Shown here: positions 63,370-64,000 of the stretch, in pieces
How positions within the stretch are numbered: the stretch's first letter is position 1
Layout: each line of letters opens with the position of its first letter
DNA from: Paraspadella gotoi
Taxonomy: Eukaryota; Animalia; Chaetognatha
Reading direction: 5' to 3'
NCBI GenBank assembly: GCA_051294375.1
Contig: JBJCIZ010000282.1
Location: 178,161 to 242,160, forward strand
Length of the DNA stretch: 64,000 nucleotides
Notes under the pieces: generated by a model
What the model was told of the DNA's origin: nothing
Seen by the model: only the letters and a program-made list of their open reading frames with translations
The model's database searches: none
Program-made: the position numbers and the translations under genes

Positions 63370-64000
63370 CTTACAGGACAAAATTTTTGAAGCCAAAGTT
63401 GTGGCGGCGGGCCGGCCTAAGACGCCAAAAGAACCTGACGCGTCGCAAAGCGATTGTTAAACAGTCCTGACGCTTGTGACTTTGACCATTGTAAACGTTA
63501 GAAACCTGCATGACCGCTTCTATGCAATTGACGAGAAGGCTCAAAGACCGAGGATCTTTGCAGATACTGACCTGCATTCTGGAATTTCGAATGACGTCTT
63601 CTCGCGATGCAGCAGCGCGTCGATTTCAACCTCCAAATATCTCAATTTTAAGTCAAATCAATTGAAGGAAACCAGTGATGTCCGAGATCGCATAGTTCAA
63701 CATATGTCCGACATTCTTGGCTAGACATCAACGCTTTGGGTATGGTGAGTGATTTCTTTTGGTGGTACAATCGCAAATTGGCATTTTTAGTGGACGTCCG
63801 TATCGCATGGACGGTTCCATCCTCATCCTTTTTATCAACCATCACAGGACACGTGTGGTATGGAGAAGTACTTTCCTTGATGAGATCGGCTTCAAGAAAC
63901 TTTTCAACTTGCTCTTCTGCAGCACGTTGCTTCTCAAGAGGAAATTGGCAAGGTGGCTCGACCACGGCGGTCACCCCCTCTTGGAGGTTAATTTTGTGCT
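63370..64000 (-). pseudogene. Ty3/Gypsy RT N-terminal fragment
   Basis: EPPCQFPLEKQRAAEEQVEKFLEADLIKESTSPYHTCPVMVDKKD matches the Gypsy RT start pattern (P..P...V..L....I..S.SPY..P...V.KKD). Confidence 0.72.

Larger units (their letters stand above)
59461..64000. repeat. Large inverted duplication, arms ~59461-61392 and ~62066-64000
   Basis: The arms are reverse complements differing by indels. The spacer holds two N gaps and a copy of ~56515-56970. Confidence 0.85.

Overview
AT-rich eukaryotic window, most likely from an invertebrate metazoan, dominated by nested transposons. The only convincing host gene is two phase-compatible exons (427-701, 11450-11617, +). The first begins with the SoxB post-HMG motif (R)PRRKPKSLLKK, and they are separated by a 10.7-kb repeat-filled intron. 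Mobile elements include: Penelope-like retroelement (PLE) fragments with a GIY-YIG remnant and six minimal hammerhead-ribozyme motifs; a 3-kb Helentron/DINE-1-like element; three hAT-type MITEs with 8-bp TSDs; a truncated BEL/Pao element abutting a Gypsy gag-protease; two apparently non-autonomous LTR elements carrying orphan ORFs; and two short, structured elements with tRNA-Gly-like Pol III boxes, one a solo LTR with a 4-bp TSD and an empty site in the window. From about 41.6 kb onward much of the sequence is indel-ridden duplicate, N-gapped, noisy or fold-back, and probably reflects assembly or long-read artefacts. All calls were made by eye without searches or folding software. Boundaries not anchored by TSDs or splice sites are approximate.
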